This document shows positions 26,123 to 39,956 of a DNA stretch of 64,000 nucleotides, piece after piece; position 1 is the first letter of the stretch; each line of letters opens with the position of its first letter. The notes beneath the pieces were generated by a model. That model searched no databases and was not told where the DNA came from. It was given only the letters and a program-made list of their open reading frames with translations. The stretch is from Octopus vulgaris (taxonomy: Eukaryota), in the NCBI GenBank assembly GCA_951406725.2, contig OX597816.1, positions 45,260,001 through 45,324,000 on the forward strand. Reading direction: 5' to 3'. The position numbers and the translations under genes are program-made.

Positions 26123-26503
26123 ACTGACAGCCATGACAAAAACTAAAATGGTGAAGACATAGACAGTAACGTTTTAGTTATAATGCTGGATATTTCACAT
26201 TCATTACTTAGATAAGAACATTGCAGTAGCCACAGCTGTAGCTTGATGATTTGTGTCTAGAAACGTTGCCAGATATTTAGCAGTGATGCAATTAGCAGTG
26301 TTGAGTACAAGTAGTTAGGTTTATTGACGTAAAACATTTCCTTGGCACCAAACATATGGTTGGTTAGCTGGAAGGATGTGCAGATGGGTGGCAGGCTGGC
26401 TGGATGGATGGATGGATGAATGAAAAGATAGGTAAGAAGGTGGCTGACTGGCTAGGTGTGTGAGTGAATAGGTGATAAGATGAAGAAACCAAAAACTACT
26501 TAC

Positions 26504-26613
26504 GGTAGATCTTCCATCTTGGCTGCTTCGTGTCTTGGATCAAGCAAGTCGTATCCATTTTCGTTGTAAATTTCCAGGTATGACACTTGGACAGTGTATG
26601 TGCAATCGGGGTT
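26504..26613 (-). CDS. KIF6: KIF6 exon: NPDCTYTVQVSYLEIYNENGYDLLDPRHEAAKMEDL(P)
   Basis: 110 nt, ttctag / gtaagt, phase 0/2. Contains the kinesin SYLEIYNE motif. Not captured in frame by the ORF track. Confidence 0.95.
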
Positions 26614-26949
26614 CTAGAATTTGGCAAATAAGAGAAATAGGAAACATTATTTATTGGTGCTTCTGTTGGTGTAGCTGATGTTTTGCTTATTGCTGGCAAT
26701 CAACAAAAATAAATTATGGACAAGTAGAATTATGGCATGCAGTTTATCTATTCCACTAGTTGGACTTTTCAAGCATTTAACATCATCTTGCAAGTAAGTG
26801 TGTGTGTGCGTGCACACGTGCACAAGCACACTCTTTTGTAATTCCAAACAATAATTCTTGATTCTTGAGATTATCTTTCTCATCTCATCTGGGTTTGGAT
26901 CCAGTTGCCATAGTTATAATGTACCCAATAGTTATAGATGACTCCAATA

Positions 26950-27480
26950 GACAAGCATATACGAAAATCTTCAAATGATGTTTCACGAATGTTTCCCACA
27001 GCTTTAGCCCAATAAATATCATGTAAGCCAACTAAGATGACAATCACAAACTGCAACTTAGGAACCTAGATATTTGCCCACTAGACCAAACATGCATGGT
27101 TAGAGCAGTAATCTACAATTCTGATATCACCACCGTTCCACAAAATAAGAGAGCTGAAAGAAAAACTATATGGACCCTGCAAAAGTGATTTCAAAAAGAG
27201 ATCTGCCAATCAGTTGTCTTCTTTCAAGTATGTAGACAAAAAGAAAAACACAAATCTAATAAGCCATAAATGGAACTGAAATGGCAGCAATATACCACAC
27301 ATCATCAAAAGGGATGTTACAGAGGGGTCTAGACCATATATTCATGGATAAAAAAAGTGCAGGCCCTGCATAACTAAAAGAATACAATTTTTTATTTCAT
27401 TGAAGAATTTCACCAACCTTCAAAACTTATGATCAAAAATTTTTACAAGATGTATGCACCTCAACATGTTTTTGTTATCA
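26950..27480 (+). mobile_element. Decayed Penelope-like element, Cys-rich linker and GIY-YIG endonuclease
   Basis: NLDICPLDQTCMVRAVIY...(Y)GPCKSDFKKRSANQLSSFKYVDKKKNTNLISHKW...SRPYIHG*KKCRPCITK, matching the PLE pattern CPL..C....VIY...YIG....FK.R..NH..SF...C.LC..EK. Confidence 0.75.
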
Positions 27481-27589
27481 AACTGGAAGATGCCCTTGCA
27501 CCCACCCTTTAGCAGATTAGGCACACAATTTGATGAACTTTAGTCTCTCCTCCATTAAACTACCACCACTAGGCATAGTTTTTTTTCCT

Positions 27590-28633
27590 ATGACAAGGGA
27601 ACAAGAATTATGTAATCAACCTTATTAAGCTTACAGCTGTTTCTATTATTAATGCAGTGCACCCAGCACTGAGTGCTTGTACATTACCTTATGGCTGCTT
27701 TGTAGTTTATAAACGTTTCTGCAAACTACTAAAACTGGTTATGCAATATTTGTTCCCTTATCATTTATTCAATTTTATATTATGTTCTGTATTCGCCTGA
27801 CACCTTATTCAGAAGCATATGTGTGTTGAGTACAAGCACCAGGTTATTAGTATCACTATGCCTAAGCAAAATCATAATGCATATGCATGTGAGTATGTGT
27901 GCGCATGCGCATGTGTGTGTGTGTGTGTAAATGTATATATACATTGTGATTCCACTTAGGCATGGTGATAATAATAACCCACTGTTAAAAATCAACATAC
28001 TTATACTTCTGAATAAGTTGTCAGGTGAACACAGAGTATAATATGAAATTGAATAAATAACAAGGGAACAAATAGTATGTAATCAAATTCATTAGTTTAC
28101 AGGCGCAGGAGTGGCTGTGTGGTAAGTAGCTTGCTTACCAACCACATGGTTCCGGGTTCAATCCCACTGCATGGCACCTTGGCCAAGTGTCTTCTACTAT
28201 AGCCTCAGGCCAACCAAAGCCTTGTGAGTGGATTTGGTAGACGGAAACTGAAAGAAGCCCATCACATATATGTATATGTGTGTGTGTTTGTGTGTCTGTG
28301 TTTGTCCCCCCAGCATCACTTGACAAGTGATGCTGGTGTCTTTACGTCCCCATAACTTAGTGGTTCGGCAAAAGAGACCGATAGAATAAGTACTAGGCTT
28401 ACAAAGAATACGTCCTGGGGTCAATTTGCTCAACTAAAGGCGGTGCTCCAGCATGGCCACAGTCAAATGACTGAAACACGTAAAAGAGTAACAAAAGAGT
28501 AAAACAAGTTTTAGAAGCTACAAAGAAACTATAAAGTGATATACAAGCACTTAGCCATGGGTGTGCTGCACTAATAGCAGAAACAACTGTAAGCCTAGTG
28601 AGGTTGATTACATAATTCCTGTTCCTTTGTCAT
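27590..28633. repeat. Large diverged palindrome (~300-bp arms), right arm interrupted by SINE A
   Basis: 27590-27890 is the reverse complement of 27935-28100 plus 28503-28633. Confidence 0.8.
28101..28500 (+). mobile_element. SINE family A, full length
   Basis: ggcgcaggagtggctgtgtggtaag (A box) ... gggttcaatccc (B box) ... tail. Confidence 0.9.
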
Positions 28634-28650
28634 TTATTTAATTCTATATG

Positions 28651-28714
<64 letters not shown>

Positions 28715-28724
28715 TAGATAGAAA

Positions 28725-29030
28725 TAAGCACCATCTGAACATGGTTGATGCCAGCGCCGCCTGACTGACGTCCGTGTCGGTGACACGTAAAAAGCACCAC
28801 CCGATTGTGGCCGTTTGCCAGCCTCCTCTGGCTCCCTGTGCCGGTGGCACGTAAAAAGCACCCGCTACACTCACGGAGTAGTTGGCGTTAGGAAGGGAAT
28901 CCAGCTGTAGAAACACTGCTAGATCAGACTGGAGCCTGGCGCAGCCGCCTGGCTTCCCAGACCCTGGTCGAACCGTCCAACCCATGCTAGCATGGAAAAC
29001 GGACGTTAAACGATGATGATGATGATGATG
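28725..29030 (+). mobile_element. Repeat family B
   Basis: Family B 3' end with (GAT)n. Confidence 0.8.
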
Positions 29031-30079
29031 GTATATATATATATATATATATATAATTACACATACATACATACATATATATATATATGGATGGATGGAC
29101 AAACGGACAGACGGGCAGACAGACAGACAGACAAATAGATAGATGGATAAACACATACATACAAACACATATACATGCACAAAACTCTGATGTTGAATAA
29201 TGATGCATGTATGCAGATAGGTAGAAATGCATATCGATCGCAGAGGCTATAGCTCTTACCACACAGACACATACAAGCACTTTCCATTAAATAAAAACTA
29301 GTCAATTACATTGCAAACTACACACTAAATATATTTTATGTCAGGTGACTAGGCATAGCATGATGTATGGATTACATAGAAAAAGGTGGGCAATCATAAT
29401 ATTTAAAAGAATTTAATACTTAGTAATGTTTAAATTTGCTCTAGCAGTCACCCATATTTGTCGACTGGGGGTAAATGATGAAGGTAAAAAAAAATGCTAT
29501 TATTGTTTTATATTCAATTTATGCTTCATTACAAACGCTAGTGGAGTGTACACAGGTAATTAGTTAATTTTATGAATTGTTAATTTTTTATTCCTAATGG
29601 GAATAGCAATTTAATGTAGTTCATCAATTAACCTTTGCAGACCCAAATTATATTTTTATGCAGAAAAAAATATTTTCAGGATTTAAAATAGTTGATGCAA
29701 TCAACTGATAATAACAGCGTAATGTATCACGTGCAAAAATATACAGGTTATGGTCAGAATTTTGAAAAATACCATTCCAAGTGTATGTTGTGTAGGTTTT
29801 TTTCATGAGACATCATACAGCAACTGAGATGTGATAAATGTGATGTAATAAAGTAAAAAGGAGAATTGGAATGGATGTTTATGTGTTTGTTTTGCAAGAT
29901 TCTTGATGTGAAAACGTGTGTTGAAACTGATATTGTTATAGTTGGGGATGGTCATTTTGTCAATAAACACACACACTATTTATTTGATCTTCACATTAGC
30001 TTTATCATTATCATTTTAATTTTATTTACCTGTAAGACAAAATGGAATAGGTAGGACAAGAGGGGGCACATGGGACAGA

Positions 30080-30122
30080 GTCACTGAAGAGGTCACAGGA
30101 TGTGTGATGAAACAACTTTGAC
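30080..30122 (+). ncRNA. Minimal hammerhead-like motif
   Basis: gtca-CTGAAGA-g gtcaca ggatg tgtgat-GAAA-caac-TT-tgac. Helix I 4 bp, helix II 6 bp, helix III mismatched. Confidence 0.5.
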
Positions 30123-31429
30123 AGACAAATAAACTAAAAATAGTAAGCCTTTTTACTTATAGACACAAGGCCTGATATTGTAGAGGAGGGGTTTAATCGA
30201 TTATATTGACCCCAGCACATAACTGGTACTTATTTCAATTCCAAAAGGATGAAAGATAAAGTCGAGCTCGGTGGAATTTGAACTCAATATAAGGACAGAC
30301 AAAATGCCATGAAGCATTTTTCCTGGCGTACTAATGATTCTGCCAACTCAACACCTTAAATACTACTACTACTAACAACAACAACAACAGCAACAGCGGC
30401 AGCGACGACGACGACGATAATAATAATTCTAAAGTGAAGATCAAATAAAAACAGCATGTGTTTCATTGGTAAAAGATGACCATCCCCAAGCATAACAATA
30501 ATTGGAATGGAGATATTTAGAAGTAGACAAAGAACAAGATAGTTGGATAATATTTGGTGTCTCAGTTAGTCAGACTTGGGAATCCAGCTGCAAAGTGTCA
30601 AGATATTTGCTTATGTTAGGACCCTATGGAGGAGAACCAGAGGACACTAACTCCATGAACCTCCCAGAAATAGAGAGAAAAAACGATTGGTTGGTTGGTT
30701 GGTTGGTAATGACAGGATTGGCTAAGACACACTTTGTAAAAGTGTAACAGCACTTGTTCATTTTATGGTTAATTTTCTTGATTGAAACATAATATTGTTT
30801 TAAGATATATTATATTGATTTAAATATTGGTTCCAAATTTTGGCATAGGGCCAGAAAGTTCAGTGGGAGGAGATATGTTGGTTACATCGACCCCCAGTGC
30901 TCAATTGGTACTTATTTCATTGACCCCGAAAGTATGAAAGGCAAAGTAACCTTGGTGGAATTTGAACTCAAAATGTAAAGACAGATGAAATACCACTTAG
31001 TTTTTGTCCAGCATGCTAATGACTCTGCCAGCTCACTGCCTTAATATTGCTTTAAATATTAATGTTTGTTTTCATGTAAAATCACAATTAAAACAATTTA
31101 ACATTAAACAGAAGTATTACTTTATATGCTTTAGAGAAGTACATGTTTATTAGACTTTTACAAGAGGGGTCACAGTGATGTCAAAGTTTCAGCCTGCTAG
31201 CCTTTATGGGATTATCCAATGAAGCTTAGATTACTGAAACTTCGAAGTTAATGTCACCTTTCTTCATGTAAAAGTTTAATAAATCTTGCTCTCAAGATTT
31301 TGGTCGGCCTGAAACTAGAGTAGGAGACACATGCTTTTATTTGAAATATCACAATATATTATTACACGAATGCAGATGTAACTGTGGTGATATAGTGCTA
31401 TATTTGTGTAACTGTGGTGATATAGTTAT

Positions 31430-31658
31430 TTGTTTACTACCCACAAGGGGCTAAACATAGAGGGGACAAACAAGAACAGACAAACGGATTAAGTTGGTTA
31501 TATCGACCCCAGTGCGTAACTGGTACTTAATTTATCAACCCCAAAAGGATGAAAGGTAAAGTCGACCTCGGCGGAATTTGAACTCAAAACGTAATGCCAG
31601 ACGAAATACGGCTACGCATTTCGCCCGGTGTGCTAACGTTTCTGCCAGCTCACCGCCA
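31430..31658 (-). mobile_element. SINE family C monomer
   Basis: Full match. Inserted in a gtaactgtggtgatatagtg minisatellite. Confidence 0.85.
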
Positions 31659-31745
31659 GGTGATATAGTGATATAGTAACTGTGTGACTGTGTGATATAG
31701 TGTAACTCAGATGTAACTGTGGTGATATAGTGATATAGTAACTGT

Positions 31746-32127
31746 GTGGAGGCGCAATGGCCCAGTGGTTAGGGCAGCGGACTCGCGGTCATAGGATCGC
31801 GATTTCGATTCCCAGACCGGGCGTTGTGAGTGTTTATTGAGCGAAAACACCTAAAGCTCCACGGGGCTCCGGCAGGGATGGTGGTGATCCCTGCTGTACT
31901 CTTTCACCACAACTTTCTCTCACTCTTACTTCCTGTTTCTGTTGTACCTGTATTTCAAAGAGCCGGCCTTGTCACTCTTTGTGTCATGCTGAATATCCCC
32001 GAGAACTACGTTAAGGGTACACGTGTCTGTGGAGTGCTCAGCCACTTACACGTTAATTTCACGAGCAGGCTGTTCCGTTGATCGGATCAACCGGAACCCT
32101 CATCATCGTAACCGACGGAGTGCTTCC
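31746..32127 (+). mobile_element. tRNA-derived SINE family D, full length
   Basis: tggcccagtggttag (A box), atttcgattccc (B box), CpG-rich and apparently young. Flanked by atagtaactgt repeats. Confidence 0.85.
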
Positions 32128-32482
32128 AAATAGTAACTGTAGTGAAATATAGTGATAGGACCTTATTACACTGTTACATCTTCATTCCTGGTGCATATAT
32201 TTATGATTGTACAAAATAAGTCTTACAGAAAATGAATTTCAACAAACTCCAAGTGTCCAGATAAAATGTTTAACCCAGGTAAGAGGTTACTAAAAGTGTT
32301 GGCAGCAAGAAGGGCATCTGGCTGTGAAACAATATCTCCAAAAGGAAAGCATGATGAGTATGATTACGGTCATTGGTTCAGGGATTACTACAAAGTCCAC
32401 AAAGCTACTCCATGCCTTAGCAGAGAAAAGTCGTTTTAAAATGCTTTTCGTGGTGAAATGTAAGAAATTTTGGAAATGATAG

Positions 32483-33400
<918 letters not shown>

Positions 33401-33915
33401 TTCAGGTACGATACTGTGAGACTGAATCCATGACCACATAGTTGGGAAGCAAGTTTCTCAAGCACACAGTAAAGCCTGCATATATTTATACACATGTTTC
33501 TTATTTATAGATAAATTCATGAGAGAAAGAAAGATAGTAAAAGAGAAAGAGAGGGCAAGAAAGAGAGACTTATTATTCAACATTCAAAGCTCAAATATGA
33601 TAGCCACTGAAGGAAAGATTTCAAGAATATATAAATGTGTGTGGTTATATATATGTATATATATATATGAGTCTCTGTGTGTGTCTCTCTCTTTATATAT
33701 ATATATGAGTGTGTGCGTCTCTCTCTCTCTCTCTCTCTATAAATATATATATATATATATATTTATTTATTTATACACACACACACTTACATACACTTCA
33801 TGTACATATATATGTAAAAATGCATATATAAACACATACCTACATATATAATATATATTATCAAGTATTGCTTGACAGCGAAACTTAAGATCCCAGTCCA
33901 CACAGATTTTGCACA

Positions 33916-33969
<54 letters not shown>

Positions 33970-34560
33970 CACACTCACACATGTTGATATAAATATGTGT
34001 GTGTGCGTGTGTGCATATTTATATGATTTATATATATGAATATATTTTGTGCATATGTGTTTGTGTGTGTGTGTGTATATATGTATATATGTATATATGT
34101 ATGTATGTATGTATACATATATATGCATGTATAAGTATATTTGTATATACACAAGAGAAAGAAAGAAAGAAAGAGGATGATGAAGAGAGGGAGACTTTTT
34201 GTTATTCAACATTCAAAGATCAAATATGATTGCCATTGAAGGAAATATTTCAAGATGATATCTTTTAAACAGAAGGTGACTGACAGTCTGATGTAGGGGA
34301 AAGAAGAAAGGAAGAAAGGAAGAAACAGAAGCAGTATTGAAAGTAAGAAGCAAAAAAAAAAAAAAGAAAGAAAGAAGGAAGGAAGGAAGGAAGGGAAGAA
34401 TGAAGAAAACCAAGAATCAGATGTCAAGAAGTCTTGATAGTTGTTAAGTAGAAGAAAGTCTAAGGAGTTTCCTGTATTGTATTCTTGCTGCACCTCTGAC
34501 AGAGTGCGGACAGTTAATGTATTATAATAGAGACTGTGACAATGTGTGTGCGTGTGTGTG

Positions 34561-34598
<38 letters not shown>

Positions 34599-35439
34599 TG
34601 GGTGTGTGTTCGTGTGTGTTTATGTGTGATATTTATTGGTAGGTGTTTGTATGTGTGCTTATGTATAGTTGTGTGTCAGTATTTGTGGGTGAATGTATTT
34701 AGGTGTGTGAATGTGTACGTATGGATGTGTTGTGTTGTTGGTGAGTGGCTTCAATTTATTGCAGTGTGTGTGTGTGTGTGTGAGAAAAGAGTGAATGTGT
34801 CTATGTCGATTCATGCGCATGAATGCGTAGGCGCCTGTCAACACCTGTACTTCAGACGATGCATTTGTGCAAGTCAATCTGTGTGTGTTTTTGTACATGT
34901 GTGTGCATGTCATGCATCTGAATGTGCACATATGGGTGAATGTGTTTGTGAGTAGATGATGTAATACATTAAAGAATGTGAGTAAAAAAAAAAAACAAAA
35001 AAAAAAAAACAAAAACAAAACAAACAAAGATAAAATAGCTGATGGAGGATTTCAGGATGTTGAACTTTACAAAACAACGTGATGATAGGATGGAGAAGAA
35101 TAAAATTTTGTCAGAGAATGGCGCGTGACAGAGTAGTGTGAAGGGTATCTGTATGTCATACGGCCAAACATGATAGATGATTGAGAAGAGCATTTGTCTG
35201 CTGTTGAGTAAGACATGATGAAGGACTGAAAAGAAAATCAGTTAATCTTTCTTTCTACAATTGGCAGAAGGTCAGCAATTTTGGAGAGCGGGATGGCTAG
35301 TGAAATACATTGACCCCCACCAGTATTCTATGAGTACTTATTTTATCAATCTTGAAAGGATGAAAGACAAGGTCGACACCTGCAACATTTGAACTCAGAG
35401 AATAAAGGTGGAAGAAATGCTGCTGAACATTTTTGCCTA

Positions 35440-35860
35440 CCAGTGCTGTCTTACTGGCACTTGTGCCAGTGCTAGTAGAGTGCCAAGAGCGCCATCCGAG
35501 CGTGATCATTGCCAGAGAGGCTAACTGGCCTCCGTGCCGGTGACACATAAAAGGCACCAATCTAGCATGATCGTTACCAGCGTTGCCTTACTGGCACCTG
35601 TGCCGGTGGCATGTGTAAAAAGATTCGAGCGAGGTCGTTGCCAGTACCGCCTGACTGGCCCCCATGCTGGTGGCATGTAAAAAGCACCCACTACACTCTC
35701 GGAGTGGTTGGCATTAGGAAGGGCATCCAGCTGTAGAAACTCTGCCAGATCAAGATTGGAGCCTGGTGCAGCCATCTGGTTCGCCAGCCCTCAGTCAAAA
35801 TCGTCCAACCCATGCTAGCATGGACAGCGGACATTAAACAATGATGATGGTGATGATGAA
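35440..35860 (+). mobile_element. Repeat family B
   Basis: Collinear with 13850-14300. Confidence 0.8.
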
Positions 35861-36030
35861 TAATGATTCTGCCGGCTTGCCAGCTGATTTTAGTACAGAA
35901 TATGATCAAAAACTAAGAAGAGTGTCAGTTACAGCATACAACATGATGACAGAATTTTGAAGACTTAATATATTTCTTGAAAGGATGCATACAAAATATT
36001 TTGTATACATCCTTTCTAGAAATACATTAA

Positions 36031-36250
36031 CCCTTTTGTTACCAACCCGGCTGAAACCGACTCTAGCTCTGGGTACAAATGTCTTGTTTTCATAAGATTT
36101 GAATTAAAATCTTCCTCCAAACCTTAGTTACTATTTTTGTTCCTAACTTCAGTTTCATGATAACTAAGTTATTTACTAAATTCTTTGTTATATTAAAAAT
36201 CAATTGAAAGAAACACATAGCATCTCAAAATAAATATGGTAACGAAAGGG
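36031..36250. mobile_element. piggyBac-type MITE family 1 (opposite orientation)
   Basis: TTAA TSDs at 36027 and 36251, same TIRs, 220 bp. Confidence 0.9.
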
Positions 36251-36275
36251 TTAACCTTTGTTCTGTAAACTCATA

Positions 36276-36388
36276 AAAACCCTGATGAGGTTCTAACCTA
36301 TATAGCTGAAAATGATACCATTTCTTAGAATATAGCCAAATACAGAGAATTATGTAGGGGCATGAACTGAAACATATATGTAGGTTTT
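36276..36388 (+). ncRNA. Type I hammerhead ribozyme motif with 80-nt helix II domain
   Basis: aaaacc-CTGATGA-ggttc..cctatata...tatgtagg..gaact-GAAA-c atatat g-TA-ggtttt. Complete core, GUA triplet. Confidence 0.8.
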
Positions 36389-36678
36389 CACATCTGCCAT
36401 TTCTTTTTGAGCTTTACAACTTTATAATTTATTTGTATTGCTATATAAAAGACTTCAACATCTTTATAACATACAAATAAATTCTTCATACATACATATC
36501 TCTCCATTTTCTTTCTTTCAATATTAATAATATGTATTCCTACAATAATCCCTAACATATCATCAAGGATTTCTCCTTACATGATAGTGCTTAACCAATA
36601 GAATTTTAGATTATATAATATCTAATGTGCATCTAACATCCTCAAGTTGACAGAATATATATGTACATGCATACATAA

Positions 36679-36728
<50 letters not shown>

Positions 36729-36786
36729 ATATATATATATATATACACATATATATGTATGTATGTTTTTATATATGTATATATAT

Positions 36787-36946
36787 CCTTTTATCCTTTT
36801 ATTTGTTTCAGTCATTTAACTGCGGCCATGCTGGAGCACCGCCTTTAGTCGAACAAATCGACCCCAGGACTTATTCTTTGTAAACCTAGTATTTATTCTA
36901 TCGGTCTGTCTTGGGGAGACAAGCACAGACACACAAACATATACAT

Positions 36947-36987
<41 letters not shown>

Positions 36988-37153
36988 CACAACAGGCTTC
37001 TTTCAGTTTCTGTCTACCAAATCCATTCACAGGGCTTTTGTCAGCCTGAGGCTATAGTAGAAGACACTTGTTCAAGGTGCCATGCAGTGGGACTGAATCC
37101 AGAACCATGTGGTTGGTAAGCAAGCTACTTACCACAAAGCCACTCCTGCACCT
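36787..37153 (-). mobile_element. SINE family A
   Basis: Match with an internal deletion. Confidence 0.85.
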
Positions 37154-37259
37154 ATATATATATATATATACATACATACTTATATACACTCATACATAGT
37201 TTTATGCAAACATAAATACATACATAAATATACATACACACATATATATATACATACAT

Positions 37260-37421
37260 AAGCATAGGAGTAGCTGTGTGGTAAGTAGCTTGTTTACGAA
37301 CCACATGGTTCCAGGTTCAGTCCCACTGCATAGCATCTTGGACAAGTGTCTTCTACTATAGCCTCAGGGTGACCAAGCCTTGTAAGTGGATTTGGTAGAC
37401 AGAAACTGAAAGAAGCCTGTC

Positions 37422-37479
<58 letters not shown>

Positions 37480-37690
37480 GTATACGTTTGTGTGTCTGTG
37501 TTTGTCCCTGCCAACATCACTTGACAACCGATGCTGGTGTGTTTATGTCCCCGTAACTTAACGGTTCGGCAAAAGAGACTGATAGAAAAGGTACTAGGCT
37601 TGCAAAGAATACGTCCTGGAGTCGATTTGCTTGACTAAAGGCGGTGCTCCAGCATGGCCACAGTCAATTGACTGAAACAAGTAAAAGAGT
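37260..37690 (+). mobile_element. SINE family A
   Basis: Full-length match. Confidence 0.85.
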
Positions 37691-37691
37691 A

Positions 37692-38021
37692 CTAAGCAGT
37701 GACCTGTCTTCTATCCAACCTGACCTATAGTCCCAAATTCTTCATTCCACCGTTTTACTATCCCTACCCCCTCTCTCTGCCCCTCACTTAGGCTCTATCA
37801 CTACATACCCGTTTACAATAGTTGATTTATGGAAAAGATTGTAATGTTAAATTTTTGAAATCCAAATATGTGAATGGAAATTAAGTTTAATTTGTAGCCA
37901 AAATAGTCCTGAATCATTCGATACCCCATATGTCAAAACCAGTAACTCGGTTTTGGAATGCACAAAGAATATATATATATCACATCACAATAGAGACATA
38001 ATACTGAAATAGTGTAAGAGA
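37692..38021 (-). mobile_element. Possible old Helitron-type element
   Basis: Minus strand starts A|TCTCTTACACTAT and ends ...gacaggtcactgcTTAG|T. Hairpin is degenerate. Confidence 0.4.
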
Positions 38022-38376
38022 TAAGAGATTTCTCTGGGCCCACATTGGGCAAGAAGTTGGAAATATTTTTGGCCCATGATACTGCATGGACCTTGGCCTT
38101 TATAATTGACGACTGTTTAAATAATTTATTTTGATTTTCACTGTCGTAGTGACAAGAACAACAGGATACGTGACAGTAGTTTCAAATAAAAATAAAATTG
38201 GAAGTTTTAATCATCTGATGGACAGGCAAAAATAGCGATTCTCACTCTGAAACTGAGAATTTTGAAAATCTTTTTAAATTACGAAATGCATGAACAGATG
38301 AACGATACTCGAGTTATAAGCACACAGACAGAATGGGATTTATATATTGGATATGTGTGTGTATATATATATGCAA

Positions 38377-38440
<64 letters not shown>

Positions 38441-38564
38441 GATGCAAATATATATATATATATGCAAATATATGTATATATATATATGTGCTTATATATA
38501 TACATATATATATGTGCTTATATATATATATATATGCACATATTCTTTATTTATTCTCTATATC

Positions 38565-39733
38565 TAGCTTCAGCTCATGAGCTGTGACCATGCTGGGGCA
38601 CTGCCATTTGGTGTTGCTACATAATTTTACTTCACGAATGCTTTTTAGGAATTGACATTTGGTGCATGAGGGAGCTTGATGCCGTTGCCCTCACCCTGCC
38701 GCAAAGTTGGTTCATCTAGGACACTTGACAGTAAGAGTCCAGCTTTATTTTGAAGATACATATATCCACCCCATGCAGGTCTCTCAGGTCCTTCGGGAGG
38801 ATACTGAAGAGCTGTAGACTTCTGAAGCCCAGGCTATTGCAGTATCTTGTCCTACATCTTGATGGCAAATTTGGAGTCCTTGCCACTATTCAGTGGCACC
38901 CAATTCTATTATTTGTGTAACTCTCAATGCCTAAGTTTGGGACAAGTCCTTCCAGGATCTTCCAGGAATATATTATGGTATATCTTTCTCGCCTATGCTC
39001 TAAGGAGTAGAGTCTTAATGTCTTGAGTCTTATATGCTGCATAGAGGCTATCTTCTTCATGTAGCTTCGTTGGATTGCCTCAAGTCCTGAGATTAATTTG
39101 ACACTTGTTGGTGACCATAGCTAAGAGTAATAGTCCAAGTGGCTTAGGACAAGTGTCCCCCAGAGGACCATCATGGTTTCCTGCTCTCTTGTTCTAAAAG
39201 TTCTAAGAATCCACCCAGCCAGCAGCCTGCATTTCATTGCCAATTTAGCAACATGCCCATGGAAGGATGCCTTATTACTCATGGAATGCCCAGGTCTCAC
39301 AATGACTGTGCCCTCCAGGTCCAGTGTATTTAATTGGTATGGCATTTAGTTTTGCATGCTGACAGCACAAGGCTGGAGACTTAAACTGGAGACTTAAACT
39401 GCATGCTATTCTTTTCAGCCCACTTGTATATTTCATCCAGCTCACATTGCAGGTGCATAGTGTCATCAGGGTTCTGTATTACCTGTGAGACTTTTGTATC
39501 ATCTGCATAACTTGTGAACATGACTCTCTGTGTGGCTGAGGGCATGTCTAAGAGTGCCATTATGAACAGTAGTGGTCCCAAAATAGTGCTTTGTGGAACA
39601 CTGCTTGCTATTTGTGTGTCATTGGATGTGGCCCCATTGGCTACTACCACCTGATGTCTATCCTTCAGAAAGTCATGAAGCTGTTCTCCCAATTTTCCGA
39701 CTATGTCAAGGCCACGCAGTTTGTGACATATCA
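38565..39733 (-). mobile_element. CR1/L2-group LINE, 5'-truncated and decayed RT
   Basis: SSVPQSTILGPLLFI, SYADDTK, LAGWILRTFRTRE, LVLSHLDYYS. Frameshifted. Confidence 0.85.
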
Positions 39734-39956
39734 TTCCAAATTAATGAAGCAAATGCCATTTAACTCCCCTTGATCTCTGATGTCATTTGACAAACACTAT
39801 CCAAGATGGCATGCATCCATCAAGCTTTATTTGCTAAAAATAGCAACCCAAATGCTTTTAAATCAGATCCAAATACTAGATGCTGAAGAACCTAATGAAG
39901 GGTAGATTTTCAGTCCCAGGATCATTCTGATTCCAAAAGGGTATAATATGCCTATG

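Noticed and set aside
31746-31830. tRNA-like sequence with A and B boxes
   Set aside because: Continues into a SINE body and recurs at 24218 and 8398. It is a SINE head, not a tRNA gene.
39420-39474. Minus-strand CTGATGA...GAAA resembling a hammerhead
   Set aside because: Lies in LINE RT coding sequence (NPDDTMHLQCELDEIY) and has no helix I or III partner.
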